The translations under genes and the position numbers were made by a program. 64,000 nucleotides of DNA from Thermoplasmata archaeon (GTDB lineage: Archaea > Thermoplasmatota > Thermoplasmata > RBG-16-68-12): NCBI GenBank assembly GCA_035636595.1, contig DASPYU010000017.1, positions 64,040 through 128,039 on the forward strand, written 5' to 3'. The notes beneath the pieces were generated by a model that worked only from the letters and a program-made list of their open reading frames with translations, did no database searches and had not been told where the DNA came from. Positions 1 through 9,186 of the stretch are shown one piece after another. Every line of letters starts with the position of its first letter. The first letter of the stretch is position 1.

Positions 1-8
1 GGACCCCA

Positions 9-662
9 TTGCTTCGGCGGCTCGAGGTCGCAGGCAACCCCTACGTCGGGGTTTTCAGCGCGGCGAACGATGAGCGTCTCGTCGTTCCGCCCGAGATGCC
101 GAAGTCCGCGATCAAGCACATGGACGAGGCGCTCGGGACGACGCACGTCGTCACGCTCGTGGCCCATTCCACGGTGGTCGGCTCGTTGCTCGCGATGAAC
201 TCGAAGGGCATCCTGGCGTCTCCGTTCATCGAGGATTCGGAACTCGATGCGATCGGCGAGGCCGTGTACCCGCTGCCGCATCGCCTCAGCGCCGTCGGGA
301 ACAACGTGCTCTGCAACGATTACGGCGCCGTTGTCCATCCGAACTACGACGACGAGGCGGTCGCCTTCATCCAGGAGGCGCTCGGCGTCCCCGTCGTCCG
401 CGGCACCGTCGCAGGCGTCAAGACGGTCGGCTCCGTCGCGGTCGCGACGAACAAGGGCGCGCTCTGCCATCCGCACGCCCGGCCCGGAGAAATGGAGGTC
501 CTCAGGTCAGCCCTCAGGGTGCCGGTGCAGATTACGACCGCGAATTACGGCGCGGCGCAGGTCGGCGCGTGCATGGTGGCGAACGTCCACGGGGCCGTCG
601 TCGGCTCCCGGACCACACCCATCGAGCTCGGTCGGATCGAAGAAGGGCTCGGACTGTTCTAG
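9..662 (+). CDS. eif6: translation initiation factor 6 (aIF6/eIF6)
   Basis: The N-terminus MLRRLEVAGNPYVGVF matches the aIF6 start (M-I-R-L-x-F-x-G-N-P-N-I-G-V). The product is 217 aa with internally repeated segments. Start is TTG at 9. Confidence 0.8.
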   Translation: MLRRLEVAGNPYVGVFSAANDERLVVPPEMPKSAIKHMDEALGTTHVVTLVAHSTVVGSLLAMNSKGILASPFIEDSELDAIGEAVYPLPHRLSAVGNNVLCNDYGAVVHPNYDDEAVAFIQEALGVPVVRGTVAGVKTVGSVAVATNKGALCHPHARPGEMEVLRSALRVPVQITTANYGAAQVGACMVANVHGAVVGSRTTPIELGRIEEGLGLF

Positions 663-680
663 TCGTGGCGCTCACAGCCG

Positions 681-700
681 CTAAAAAAGATTGATATACG
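681..700 (+). promoter_or_regulatory. putative archaeal BRE/TATA promoter (aaaaaagattgatata) about 25 bp upstream of the ATG at 724; transcript probably leaderless
   Basis: An A-rich BRE-like run is followed by TTGATATA in an otherwise GC-rich context, at the canonical distance from the first ATG. Confidence 0.3.
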
Positions 701-723
701 ATGGGCCGGCTAGAGTAGTTCCT

Positions 724-1830
724 ATGAAGACCCTGGTCCTGTGCGTCGACCGGGACGACGACATCGGGGTCAAGACCGGCATCAAAGCTCCGCTCATCGG
801 ACGGGAGCCGAACCTGGCCGCCGCGACGAAGCTGGGCCTCGCCGATCCCGAGGACTCCGACGTCAATGCCCTTCTCAGCGCAGTCTCCATCTACGACGGC
901 CTGGTCAAGGAGGGTCAGGAGCCGGAGATCGCGACGATCTGCGGCGACATCCGGGTCGGGTCCATCTCGGACCTCCGACTCACGGAGCAGCTGGACCGCG
1001 TCCTCGCGGAGGTCCGCCCGGATCGCGTCTTCCTCGTGACGGACGGCGCCGAGGACGAGGCGTTCGCGCCAATCGTCAGCTCGCGGATCCGCGTGGACCA
1101 CGTGCGGCGGGTGTACGTGCGGCAGACGCCGACCGCGGAGTCGATGTACTACACAATTGGTCGGCAACTCAAGAACCCGCGGGTCCGCCGGAAGATCGTC
1201 GCCCCGCTCGGGTTCGTCCTCCTCCTGTTCGGCGCGATCTACCTGTACAATCCGCTCGTGGCCCCGGCCCTCGTCCTGATCTTGGCCGGGCTCTACCTGA
1301 TCCTGATCTCCCTGCCGTTCAACAGCGTGAGCGATGTCTTCGCTAAGGCGAATCAATATTACGAGGGGGTGCGGGATTCGGTCGGATCGGGCAACGTCTC
1401 GATTTTCTTCAACATCACGGCCCTGATCCTCCTGCTCGTCGGCATTTTCTTCGGCATGGACTACACGGGCCGCACGGGGGGACCGTACGTCGTGCAGTTC
1501 CTGTCATTCGTCTTCGCCGCGGTCTGGTGGTTCGTCCTTGCGGCGCTCTTCTTCGAAGGCGGGAAGGTCCTCAGCGCCTACTTCCGACATGGGCGCGCCC
1601 CGAAGCACGCGCTCGCGGTCGCGGTGAGCTTCGTCGCGCTCGGGCTGCTGGTCCTCGGGATGACCCAGATCCTGCAGACGATCTTCGGCGAGTACAACGC
1701 GCAGTCCTCCCTGCCGCTCATCTACCTCACCATCGGCCTCGCCCTCTTCCTCGTCGCGGTCACGGGCCTCTCGTATCGAGCCAGCGAGCCGCGGCCTCCG
1801 GAGCCGGTCGACGAAGGCTTCCGTCACTGA
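724..1830 (+). CDS. DUF373-family archaeal integral membrane protein
   Basis: Soluble N-terminal domain (MKTLVLCVDRDDDIG...) followed by about 6 predicted TM helices. The ATG at 724 is preferred over the TTG at 691. Confidence 0.5.
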   Translation: MKTLVLCVDRDDDIGVKTGIKAPLIGREPNLAAATKLGLADPEDSDVNALLSAVSIYDGLVKEGQEPEIATICGDIRVGSISDLRLTEQLDRVLAEVRPDRVFLVTDGAEDEAFAPIVSSRIRVDHVRRVYVRQTPTAESMYYTIGRQLKNPRVRRKIVAPLGFVLLLFGAIYLYNPLVAPALVLILAGLYLILISLPFNSVSDVFAKANQYYEGVRDSVGSGNVSIFFNITALILLLVGIFFGMDYTGRTGGPYVVQFLSFVFAAVWWFVLAALFFEGGKVLSAYFRHGRAPKHALAVAVSFVALGLLVLGMTQILQTIFGEYNAQSSLPLIYLTIGLALFLVAVTGLSYRASEPRPPEPVDEGFRH

Positions 1831-1846
1831 CGCGCTGAGGTTCCCG

Positions 1847-2494
1847 ATGGACTTCGAGGCGTGGGAGCCGTTCTACGTCCAGATCCTGAAGGACTTCGGG
1901 TTCTCGCGCGCCCAGGATGAAGCGGTCGCGGCCGAGCTCGACAAGGTCCTCGGCGGCACCCGGGCCTCCGATGCCGACCTGAGGCGGCTCCTCCGAGGGA
2001 AGGAGGTCACCGTCGCGGGTAACGGGCCTAACATCGGCGAGGAGATCGACGACGTCGCGGGCGTGCTTCTTACTGCGGACGAGGCCACGTCGGTGGCTCT
2101 CGCGAACGGGAAATTGCCCGCGATTCTCGTGACGGACCTCGACGGCACCGTGGCCGATCAGGTGAAGGCGAACCAGGAGGGGACCGTGGCCGTCGTCCAT
2201 GGCCATGGGGACAACGGGCCCGCCATCCGGGAATGGGCGCCCCGGTTCGGCGGCATGACCGTCGCGACGACACAGTCCCGACCGATCGGCGGTCTGCGGA
2301 ACTTTGGCGGCTTCACGGACGGGGATCGCGCCGTTTTTCTCGCGGATCACTTCGGCGCTCGACGGATCCATCTGGTCGGCTTCGACTTCGAGCGTCCGAA
2401 CAAGAAAGACCTCGACGCGCGGACGAAGCAACGTAAACTCGATTGGGCGTACATCCTGCTCAGCAGCATCGAGCGGGACGATCTCGAGCTATAG
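1847..2494 (+). CDS. MptE-like 6-hydroxymethyl-7,8-dihydropterin pyrophosphokinase (DUF115/PF01973 family)
   Basis: 215-aa soluble protein with the HGHGDN motif and a VGFDF(E) segment typical of archaeal MptE/DUF115. Confidence 0.5.
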   Translation: MDFEAWEPFYVQILKDFGFSRAQDEAVAAELDKVLGGTRASDADLRRLLRGKEVTVAGNGPNIGEEIDDVAGVLLTADEATSVALANGKLPAILVTDLDGTVADQVKANQEGTVAVVHGHGDNGPAIREWAPRFGGMTVATTQSRPIGGLRNFGGFTDGDRAVFLADHFGARRIHLVGFDFERPNKKDLDARTKQRKLDWAYILLSSIERDDLEL

Positions 2495-3934
2495 TCGAGG
2501 GTCGCGGGCTTTTGCGGTCCGCCAGCTCAGGATCGGCTCCCGCGCGGCCTGGACTTCGTCCACCCGGGCGACGGCGGTGTTGTGCGGCGCGCCCCTCAGC
2601 GTGTCCGGGTCCTCTTTGACGATCTTCGTGAGGGCGTTCACGAACCCATCGAGCGTCTCCTTCGTCTCCGTCTCCGTGGGCTCGATCATGAGCGCCTCCT
2701 CGACCAGGTGCGGGAAGTACACCGTCGGCGGATGATAGCCGAAGTCCATCAGCCGCTTCGCGAGGTCGACCGTCCGGACACCTCGAGCCCCGAGCGCCGC
2801 GGCACTCGCGACGAACTCGTGCTTCCGGAGGCCGCCGAACGGCACGTCGATGACGCCTTGGAGGCGGTGCCGAACATAATTCGCGTTGAGGACCGCGTGG
2901 TCCGAGACCTCCCGCAAGCCATCGCCGCCCATCCGGAGGATGTACGCGTATGCGCGGACGAGGAGCGCGAAGTTACCGTACCACGCGCGCACCTTGCCGA
3001 TCGACTTGGGATGGTCGTAATTGAGGTGATATCCGCGTCCGTCGAGGGCGATTCGAGGGACCGGGAGGAACGGTTCGAGTGACTTCTTCACGCCGACCGG
3101 CCCGGCCCCGGGTCCGCCGCCGCCGTGCGGCGTCGTGAAGGTCTTGTGAAGATTGAAGTGGACGATATCGAAGTTCATCTTGCCCGGCGAGGTGCGTCCG
3201 AGGATCGCGTTGAAGTTCGCGCCGTCGTAGTACAGGAGGCCGCCTGCGTTGTGCACGACCTCCGCGATGTCGAGCACGTGGTCCTCGAAGATGCCCAGCG
3301 TGTTCGGATTCGTCAACATGAACGCGAGAGTCCCGTCCCCTGCCGCCGACTCGAGGGCCTTCAAATCGACGCGTCCATCCTTCGAGGGGATCTCGACGAT
3401 CTCGAAGCCGAGCATCCCCGCGGACGCGAAGTTCGTCCCGTGTGCGGTGTCCGGCAAGATGACCTGGTGCCGCTCCTCGCCGCGATCGCGATGGTACGCC
3501 TGCGCGAGTAGCAGGCCCGTGTGCTCTCCCTGCGCGCCCGCCGCGGGTTGTAGGGTCACCGCGTCCATGCCGGCGATGCGACCCAGCATGTCCTGCAGCT
3601 CGTACAGGAGGCGCAGCGCGCCCTGTATCGTCGTCTCGTCCTGGTCCGGGTGGATGCGGGCGACCGTCGGGAGGGCCGCGAGTTCCTCGGTGAATTTCGG
3701 GTTGAATTTCATCGTGCACGAGCCGAGCGGGTAGAACCCCGTGTCGATCCCGAAGTTCATCTGCGAGAGGCGGGTGAAGTGCCGGACGACGTCGTGCTCC
3801 GGGAGGTTCGGGATGGCGAGGCGCTCGCGCCGGAGTTTCGCCGGGACGAGGTCCTTGAGGTCGACGTCCTCCTCCGGGGCCGATCGCTTGTCCAGGAGGA
3901 GCGGCTCATCCCAATAGGCCTGGCGGAAACTCAC
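2489..3934 (-). CDS. gcvPB: glycine dehydrogenase (decarboxylating) subunit 2, GcvPB
   Basis: Strong motifs FYPLGSCTMKFNPK...HFNLHKTF (PLP-lysine region). The GTG start at 3934 overlaps the gcvPA stop as GTGA. The upstream 178-aa extension of the raw ORF has no similarity. Confidence 0.85.
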   Translation of the reverse strand: MSFRQAYWDEPLLLDKRSAPEEDVDLKDLVPAKLRRERLAIPNLPEHDVVRHFTRLSQMNFGIDTGFYPLGSCTMKFNPKFTEELAALPTVARIHPDQDETTIQGALRLLYELQDMLGRIAGMDAVTLQPAAGAQGEHTGLLLAQAYHRDRGEERHQVILPDTAHGTNFASAGMLGFEIVEIPSKDGRVDLKALESAAGDGTLAFMLTNPNTLGIFEDHVLDIAEVVHNAGGLLYYDGANFNAILGRTSPGKMNFDIVHFNLHKTFTTPHGGGGPGAGPVGVKKSLEPFLPVPRIALDGRGYHLNYDHPKSIGKVRAWYGNFALLVRAYAYILRMGGDGLREVSDHAVLNANYVRHRLQGVIDVPFGGLRKHEFVASAAALGARGVRTVDLAKRLMDFGYHPPTVYFPHLVEEALMIEPTETETKETLDGFVNALTKIVKEDPDTLRGAPHNTAVARVDEVQAAREPILSWRTAKARDPRL

Positions 3935-5256
3935 GCGGCCACCGCCTCGAGGGCCTTTAGGAGCCGGGAGACGTCCGCGTCCTTCTGTCGTTCCGTCGTC
4001 GCGAACAGCGCGGCATCCTTCAACTCCGGAAGCTGACGCGCAAGGGGCATCCCTCCGTGCACGCCTCGCTCCAGTAGTCCGCGATGGACTTGGGCGTAAT
4101 CCCGTTTTGACCGCACGATGAACTCGTTGAAGTGGGCCCCGTGGAAGACCGGCGCGGTGAAGCCCGGGATCTTGTCGATCGCCGCCGCAAGCTCCTTCGC
4201 CCGCCGGATGTTCTCCGCCGCGAGTTTTCGCAGGCCGTTCGAGCCCATGACCGCGATGAACGTCGCCGCCGCGACCGCCAGGAGGGACTCGTTCGTGCAG
4301 ATGTTGGACATCGCCTTCTCTCGGCGGATGTGCTGCTCCCTCGTCTGGAGAGTCATGCAGAACGCGCGATGCCCTTTCGCATCCCGGGTCAGGCCGATCA
4401 CCCGACCGGGCATCTTGCGAATGTGCTCCTGTCGGCACGCGAAGATCCCAAGGAGCGGTCCGCCGCAATTCACGGAGGTACCGAGGGACTGCCCCTCTCC
4501 GATGACGATGTCCGCGCCGAAGTCCCCCGGTGGACGGACCACTGCTTGCGCGATCGGGTTCACGCCGACGATCAAGACGGCGTCCGTCATCTGGCGGATC
4601 TCGGCGAGCTGTTCTTCGAGCCGACCGAAGAAATTCGGGTTCTCAACGTACACACCACATACGTCCGCGGACAGGGACCCCTTGAGCTTCGCGAGGTCGA
4701 GCATCCCGGTCTTGCGGTCGTAGTCGACCTCTTGGATTCCGATCCCCGTCCCGACGAGGTAGTTCGCGAGGACCGCTCGGCGATTGTGCCGCAACGCGCG
4801 TGGGATCAGGAAGACGTTGCCGCCATGGATCCGATGGGCCATCCGCGCCGCTTCGCCGAGTGCGGTCGAAGCATCGTACATCGAGGTGTTCGCGGCGTCC
4901 ATCCCGGTGAGCTCGCAGATCAGGCTCTGGTATTCCCAGAGGGTCTGGAGGAGACCCTGGCTCAGCTCCGCCTGGTAGGGCGTGTACGCCGTGTAGAATT
5001 CGGAGCGCGAGGTGATCGCCCGAACGCTGGCGGGGACGAAGTGGTCGTAGAGGCCGCCTCCGAGGAACGTCGGCATGTCCGCCATCGTCCGGTTCGCGGA
5101 GAGCAGCGAGGTCACGTGCCGCACGACGGTCAGTTCCGGGAGGCCATCCGGCAGGTCCAGTTTCGGGATGCGGACCGCAGCGGGGATGTCCGCGAAGAGG
5201 TCGTCGATGCTCCGCAAGCCTATCGCCCGGAGCATCTCGTCCTCGTCCGAGGGCAT
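3931..5256 (-). CDS. gcvPA: glycine dehydrogenase (decarboxylating) subunit 1, GcvPA
   Basis: 441 aa. Contains MPSDEDEMLRAIGL...YTPYQAE and GTSVNCGGPLLG, conserved P-protein N-terminal-subunit motifs. Confidence 0.9.
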   Translation of the reverse strand: MPSDEDEMLRAIGLRSIDDLFADIPAAVRIPKLDLPDGLPELTVVRHVTSLLSANRTMADMPTFLGGGLYDHFVPASVRAITSRSEFYTAYTPYQAELSQGLLQTLWEYQSLICELTGMDAANTSMYDASTALGEAARMAHRIHGGNVFLIPRALRHNRRAVLANYLVGTGIGIQEVDYDRKTGMLDLAKLKGSLSADVCGVYVENPNFFGRLEEQLAEIRQMTDAVLIVGVNPIAQAVVRPPGDFGADIVIGEGQSLGTSVNCGGPLLGIFACRQEHIRKMPGRVIGLTRDAKGHRAFCMTLQTREQHIRREKAMSNICTNESLLAVAAATFIAVMGSNGLRKLAAENIRRAKELAAAIDKIPGFTAPVFHGAHFNEFIVRSKRDYAQVHRGLLERGVHGGMPLARQLPELKDAALFATTERQKDADVSRLLKALEAVAA

Positions 5257-5308
5257 GCGGTTCCTGCTGAGAGAGGTGCCGGCTTAAAGGGTTTGGCATC
5301 GACGCCGA

Positions 5309-5875
5309 TCAGGCGACGGCGCGGCCGTACGCCGCGAACTCCCGAACCAGTCGGAGGCCGGACCCGGCCTCGACGATGGCGGCATTCCCGAAGCCGATCG
5401 AGTCCTTGTACGCCTCATCCAGTCGCGAGCCTTTGATTTCCGAAAGAACCAGCGAGAACAGGGTGCCGTGTCCGGCAATCGCCACCGTACGGCCCTCGTT
5501 CTCAGAGCCAATCATCTGGAGACAATCTCGACCGCGGACTGCCGCCATGGACAGCGATTCCTTCACTGGCGGAACGAAGTCCAGGTCTTGCCAGGCGCGC
5601 ATTTCGAGTGCCTTGTACTCCGGTTGCGGGATGCCCGAGTCATCGGCGGACCACTCGCGCAAGCACGGGCGTTTCATGATCTGCGCTTTGAACCTCTCGG
5701 AGAGGACGATCGCCGTTTCAATGCTCCGTCGCAACGGACTCGCGTAGACCCGCGTCGGAGGATTCACGGGCCATGCGGCGGCGAGCGCCTCGATCTGCCG
5801 GCGGCCGAGGTCCGAGAGCGGGGCCCGATCGAAGTTCGACGTACCGATGGGCCGGACGATCTCCCCATGTCGCAC
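5309..5875 (-). CDS. histidine phosphatase (phosphoglycerate-mutase-like) family protein, lacking a canonical start and beta1 strand
   Basis: RHGE catalytic motif at the extreme N-terminus, with a downstream AGHG motif. The only start is GTG, giving M-RHGE. The upstream in-frame sequence PRRSVLVRHGE is separated from the preceding ORF by a single TGA. Confidence 0.5.
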   Translation of the reverse strand: MRHGEIVRPIGTSNFDRAPLSDLGRRQIEALAAAWPVNPPTRVYASPLRRSIETAIVLSERFKAQIMKRPCLREWSADDSGIPQPEYKALEMRAWQDLDFVPPVKESLSMAAVRGRDCLQMIGSENEGRTVAIAGHGTLFSLVLSEIKGSRLDEAYKDSIGFGNAAIVEAGSGLRLVREFAAYGRAVA

Positions 5876-5892
5876 GAGAACGAGCGTCGCGG

Positions 5893-6105
5893 TCAGGCCG
5901 ACCCTCCCGATACGACCCCAATCACCCGGATGCGCTCGCCGTCCGCGAGGGGCTCGTCGATCGGGATCGGCGTACCGCCGCGGACGAGCAGGTGCGCGTT
6001 AGGTGGCAACCGTAGCGCACGAAGGAGGTCGAATCCTCTCGCACCCGGTTCGAGGGTCACGGTCTCCTCTCCCCGGCGCGGCACAAGCTCGGCGATGATT
6101 TGCAT
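5893..6105 (-). CDS. MoaD/ThiS/SAMP-like beta-grasp protein, ending ...VIGVVSGG-SA
   Basis: 70 aa. The pattern MQIIAEL...GETVTLEPGA..DLL..L......LLVRGGTPI..DEPLADGERIRVIGVVSGG fits MoaD/ThiS (a diglycine near the C-terminus, plus 2 extra residues). Confidence 0.45.
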   Translation of the reverse strand: MQIIAELVPRRGEETVTLEPGARGFDLLRALRLPPNAHLLVRGGTPIPIDEPLADGERIRVIGVVSGGSA

Positions 6106-6196
6106 GCGCTGTCGAGCGCGCGAGGCGGCTTAAGCGTTCGTCCATCGACTCGCCGTCGGAACTCTTATGCGGAGCCTTGTTCTCAGGAGAACCGCT

Positions 6197-6278
6197 GCCC
6201 AGGTCGCCTAGTCCGGTAGGGCGGCGGTCTCGAAAACCGCTGGGTTACCCCTCGCAGGTTCAAATCCTGCCCTGGGCG
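6197..6278 (+). tRNA. tRNA-Ser (anticodon CGA)
   Basis: The acceptor stem GCCCAGG/CCTGGGC, the anticodon stem GCGGT/ACCGC with loop CTCGAAA, and the T-arm GCAGG-TTCAAAT-CCTGC all fold by hand, and a long variable arm is present. CCA is not encoded. Confidence 0.8.
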
Positions 6279-6816
6279 CTCCACTCAGGGACGAAACGCA
6301 CTTTGGGGAAACCGGCACACCGCAGAATCGCGTCGGGAAACGCGATCTCCGAGCCCTTGTCGCTCCTGACGGACCACGCGGCCCGGCCCTTTCCTTTTAT
6401 CTTCCAATTAACATGTGAACCGAGGCGGGCATCTCTTGGCTTCGCGAATTCGCCTTCAGGTTGCCGGGATTGCGATAGTGCTGGTGGCCTGGTTGGTCTT
6501 CTTGGTGGCTTCGTCGCCACCGGTGCAGGGGGAGTGTTGCTTCCGGGGGACTTTTCACTATTGGCTCGCGCTTCCCCAGGGCCAGGACTTCGTCACCGCT
6601 TTCGAACTGGTGTCGGTGATTGTTCTTTTGTATTGCTCTGCAAGCATCGCTATTACGTGGTTCGAGGATAGGCGGCAAGAGAGGTCCGAAGGTGAACATA
6701 AGTAGTTTCGCGCTCCACCGGAGTGTCAATCGGTGGATTGCTTCACGCTTGATTAGAGAAAGGTTGATTCCCTAGGAATCGCGTCCCGCATCGGCGTCCT
6801 AAGCAGAGGTGGTTCC

Positions 6817-7167
6817 GTGGTCCAGATCATCAAGCGCGACGAATTGAAGGCCAAGCTCGACCGCCGAGAACCGCTGCAGCTCGTTATGGCGATGGACGAA
6901 TGGCACTACGAAGCATGTCGAATCCCCGGGTCGATCCTGTTGTCGAACAAGCGCGATGCCGGCAAGGTCCTCCTCAAGAACCGGGAAACCATCGTCTATT
7001 GCTCCGACGACGCGTGCTCCGCGAGCCGCGCGGTCGCGGATTTCCTCGAGCGGTCCGGCTACGAGAAGGTCGGGCACTATCCAGGCGGACTTCATGACTG
7101 GATGGATGCCGGATACCCTCTCGAAGGGACGATGATTACCGCCAACGCCCAGTCGTCACGTACGTGA
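6817..7167 (+). CDS. single-domain rhodanese-like sulfurtransferase
   Basis: 116 aa. The rhodanese fold signature is present, with a catalytic-loop Cys (VYCSDDACSASR). GTG start. Confidence 0.6.
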   Translation: MVQIIKRDELKAKLDRREPLQLVMAMDEWHYEACRIPGSILLSNKRDAGKVLLKNRETIVYCSDDACSASRAVADFLERSGYEKVGHYPGGLHDWMDAGYPLEGTMITANAQSSRT

Positions 7168-7204
7168 TGTAATAGCCTTTGGATGAAGCACCGTTCCGGT
7201 TCAC

Positions 7205-8623
7205 TCAGCCGGGTTTGACATTCTGGTTCACCTGGAAGAAGTTCGTCGGATCCCACTTCGCCTTGATCGCCGCGAGGCGTCGCAAGTTCCCGCGATACGC
7301 GTCGGGGATTCGGTCTTGAACCTCATCTTCTGTGAGGAAGTTCACGTACACGCCGCCCGTCGAGAACTTGCGGATCGCTTGCCATCCCTCACGTGCCCAC
7401 GCGATTTTCGGCTCGGGCGGACCCGAGTCCCACCCGGCCTGAATCGTAAGATTGTACGCGGCGTCGCGGTTCCCCACGGCGGTCGCATCGGCCGGTCGCT
7501 CGCCAATCGTACCGTTGACTTGGAAGAGCAGTGTGAGCGAGAACGGCGAGGGCAATTGGCGGGCGCGCGCGAGGAACGTCTCGAGGAGCTCGTCCGGAAG
7601 GCTGGCGAGCCACTCCGACTTCCAATAGTAGTGACGCCCGTTGGGCTGCGTCGCATCGAGCATCATCTGCTGCTCGCAGTAGGTCTTCTCCATGACGCTG
7701 TCAGCCACGGGCTTGCCCCACGCCTTGATCGGCGCGAGATCGCGGCGCGCCTGCTCCAGGCTCCCGGAGTGGCAGAGCACGAGCGCCACCACGGGTTTTC
7801 CCTGCCAGTCACGTGGGACCCACGGCGCATCCGGTGCGATGCGGCAGATGAGGACCGAGGTGAGCTCCCGCGGCGCGGTCGCGGTGTACTCCCGGAAGAA
7901 TTGGAGGACCTTCGCGGCCTCGCTCATCGGATGCAGGATGATGCCGCCCATGATGCGGGGGCCGACGGGATGCAGCTGATATTCTAGGGACGTCACGACG
8001 CCGAAATTGCCACTCCCGCCACGGAGGCCCCAGAAGAGATCGGCGTTCTCGCGCTCGCTCGCGCGGACCACGCGCCCTTCCGCCGTCACGACTTCCGCGG
8101 ACACGAGGTTGTCCGAGGCCCAGCCGAACCGTCGTGTGAGGTAACCGAATCCTCCGCCTAGTGTCAGCCCCGCCGCTCCCGTGAGCGAGACGAATCCGAA
8201 AACCGCCGCGAGCCCGTGGACTTGCGTCTCCCGATCGATCGTTCCGAGCAAACACCCGCTCTGCGCAATCGCGCGCTTTGCCGCGGGATCGACGGACACG
8301 CCCCTCATCAAGGTGAGATCGATCATCAGCGCGTCATCGGCGACCGCGAGCCCCGCGATGTTATGCCCACCTGCCCGTACGCAGAGGAGGAGATCGCGTT
8401 CGCGCGCGAACTTAACCGCCTCGACGACGTCGGCCGTCCCGGTGCAGCGAACGATGAGGCCGGGTCGGCGATTGGTCATCCCGTTCCAGATTGCGCGGGC
8501 CGTGTCGTAGGCGGCTTCTCCGGGCAGGACGACTTGCCCACGGACGTGGGACCGTAGCAATGCGAGGGCAGCATCGTCGAGGGAGATTCTCCCGCCCTCC
8601 CGTTTCTTGACCTGCACGTCCAC
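7205..8623 (-). CDS. FAD-linked oxidoreductase (PCMH-type FAD-binding domain plus berberine-bridge-enzyme-like C-terminus)
   Basis: FAD-binding motifs are present (VRAGGHN, GGGFG). A BBE-like C-terminal motif WDPTNFF is also present. Confidence 0.75.
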   Translation of the reverse strand: MDVQVKKREGGRISLDDAALALLRSHVRGQVVLPGEAAYDTARAIWNGMTNRRPGLIVRCTGTADVVEAVKFARERDLLLCVRAGGHNIAGLAVADDALMIDLTLMRGVSVDPAAKRAIAQSGCLLGTIDRETQVHGLAAVFGFVSLTGAAGLTLGGGFGYLTRRFGWASDNLVSAEVVTAEGRVVRASERENADLFWGLRGGSGNFGVVTSLEYQLHPVGPRIMGGIILHPMSEAAKVLQFFREYTATAPRELTSVLICRIAPDAPWVPRDWQGKPVVALVLCHSGSLEQARRDLAPIKAWGKPVADSVMEKTYCEQQMMLDATQPNGRHYYWKSEWLASLPDELLETFLARARQLPSPFSLTLLFQVNGTIGERPADATAVGNRDAAYNLTIQAGWDSGPPEPKIAWAREGWQAIRKFSTGGVYVNFLTEDEVQDRIPDAYRGNLRRLAAIKAKWDPTNFFQVNQNVKPG

Positions 8624-8757
8624 GACGAACCATCCTGGAGCGGAGAGCTCGGGACCGGCCTCGACCGGATTTAAGGCTGATGTCGGCCGACCGCGGGAGC
8701 CGCCAGCGTAATCGCGGACCCCACAACGATAATCGCCTCCGAGGCCCTCTCGGTCCT

Positions 8758-9174
8758 ATGTCCGCGCCGTTGGGGAAGCTCACGTTCTTGTACGTCGGCA
8801 CCTCCGACCTCGACCGCGATCTCGAATACTACACGAAGGTCCTCGGGGCGAAGCTCCTCTGGAACTATCACGAATTCGGGGCGAAGGTTGCATCCGTGCG
8901 GCTGTCCGATGGCCCGCAATTCATCCTCGCCGACCACCGGAAGGCGCCATCCGTGCTCCCGATTTTCGAGGTCAAGGACCTCAAGGCAACCGCGAAGGAC
9001 CTCCGGTCCCGCGGGTGGAAGGCCGAGGGCCGCTCCTTCGAGATCCCGCCCGGTCCGTGCCACGTCTTCAAGGATCCCAGCGGGAACGAGCTCGCGTTCT
9101 TCGAGAACGCACGGCCCGGCTTGATGGAAACATCCTTCGGGGATGCCGACATTCGGCGCTCTAGGCGCAAGTGA
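8758..9174 (+). CDS. VOC/glyoxalase-bleomycin resistance family protein
   Basis: The start is taken at the internal ATG (MSAPLGKLTFLYVG...). The upstream 26 codons of the raw ORF are R/N-rich and unsupported. Confidence 0.55.
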   Translation: MSAPLGKLTFLYVGTSDLDRDLEYYTKVLGAKLLWNYHEFGAKVASVRLSDGPQFILADHRKAPSVLPIFEVKDLKATAKDLRSRGWKAEGRSFEIPPGPCHVFKDPSGNELAFFENARPGLMETSFGDADIRRSRRK

Positions 9175-9186
9175 CGGAGATCCGGG

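Noticed and set aside
3935-4468. N-terminal 178-aa extension of the gcvPB ORF
   Set aside because: It overlaps the gcvPA C-terminus in another frame. The GcvPB homology begins at VSFRQAYWDEPLL, where a GTG overlaps the gcvPA stop.
5890-5892. UGA recoding (Trp/Gly/Sec) to explain the in-frame TGA between the ThiS-like and phosphatase ORFs
   Set aside because: TGA clearly terminates many conserved genes in the window, including gcvPA, rpoF, L21e and oppD, so a global reassignment is excluded. No SECIS-like element was recognised. Sec insertion cannot be fully excluded without structure search.
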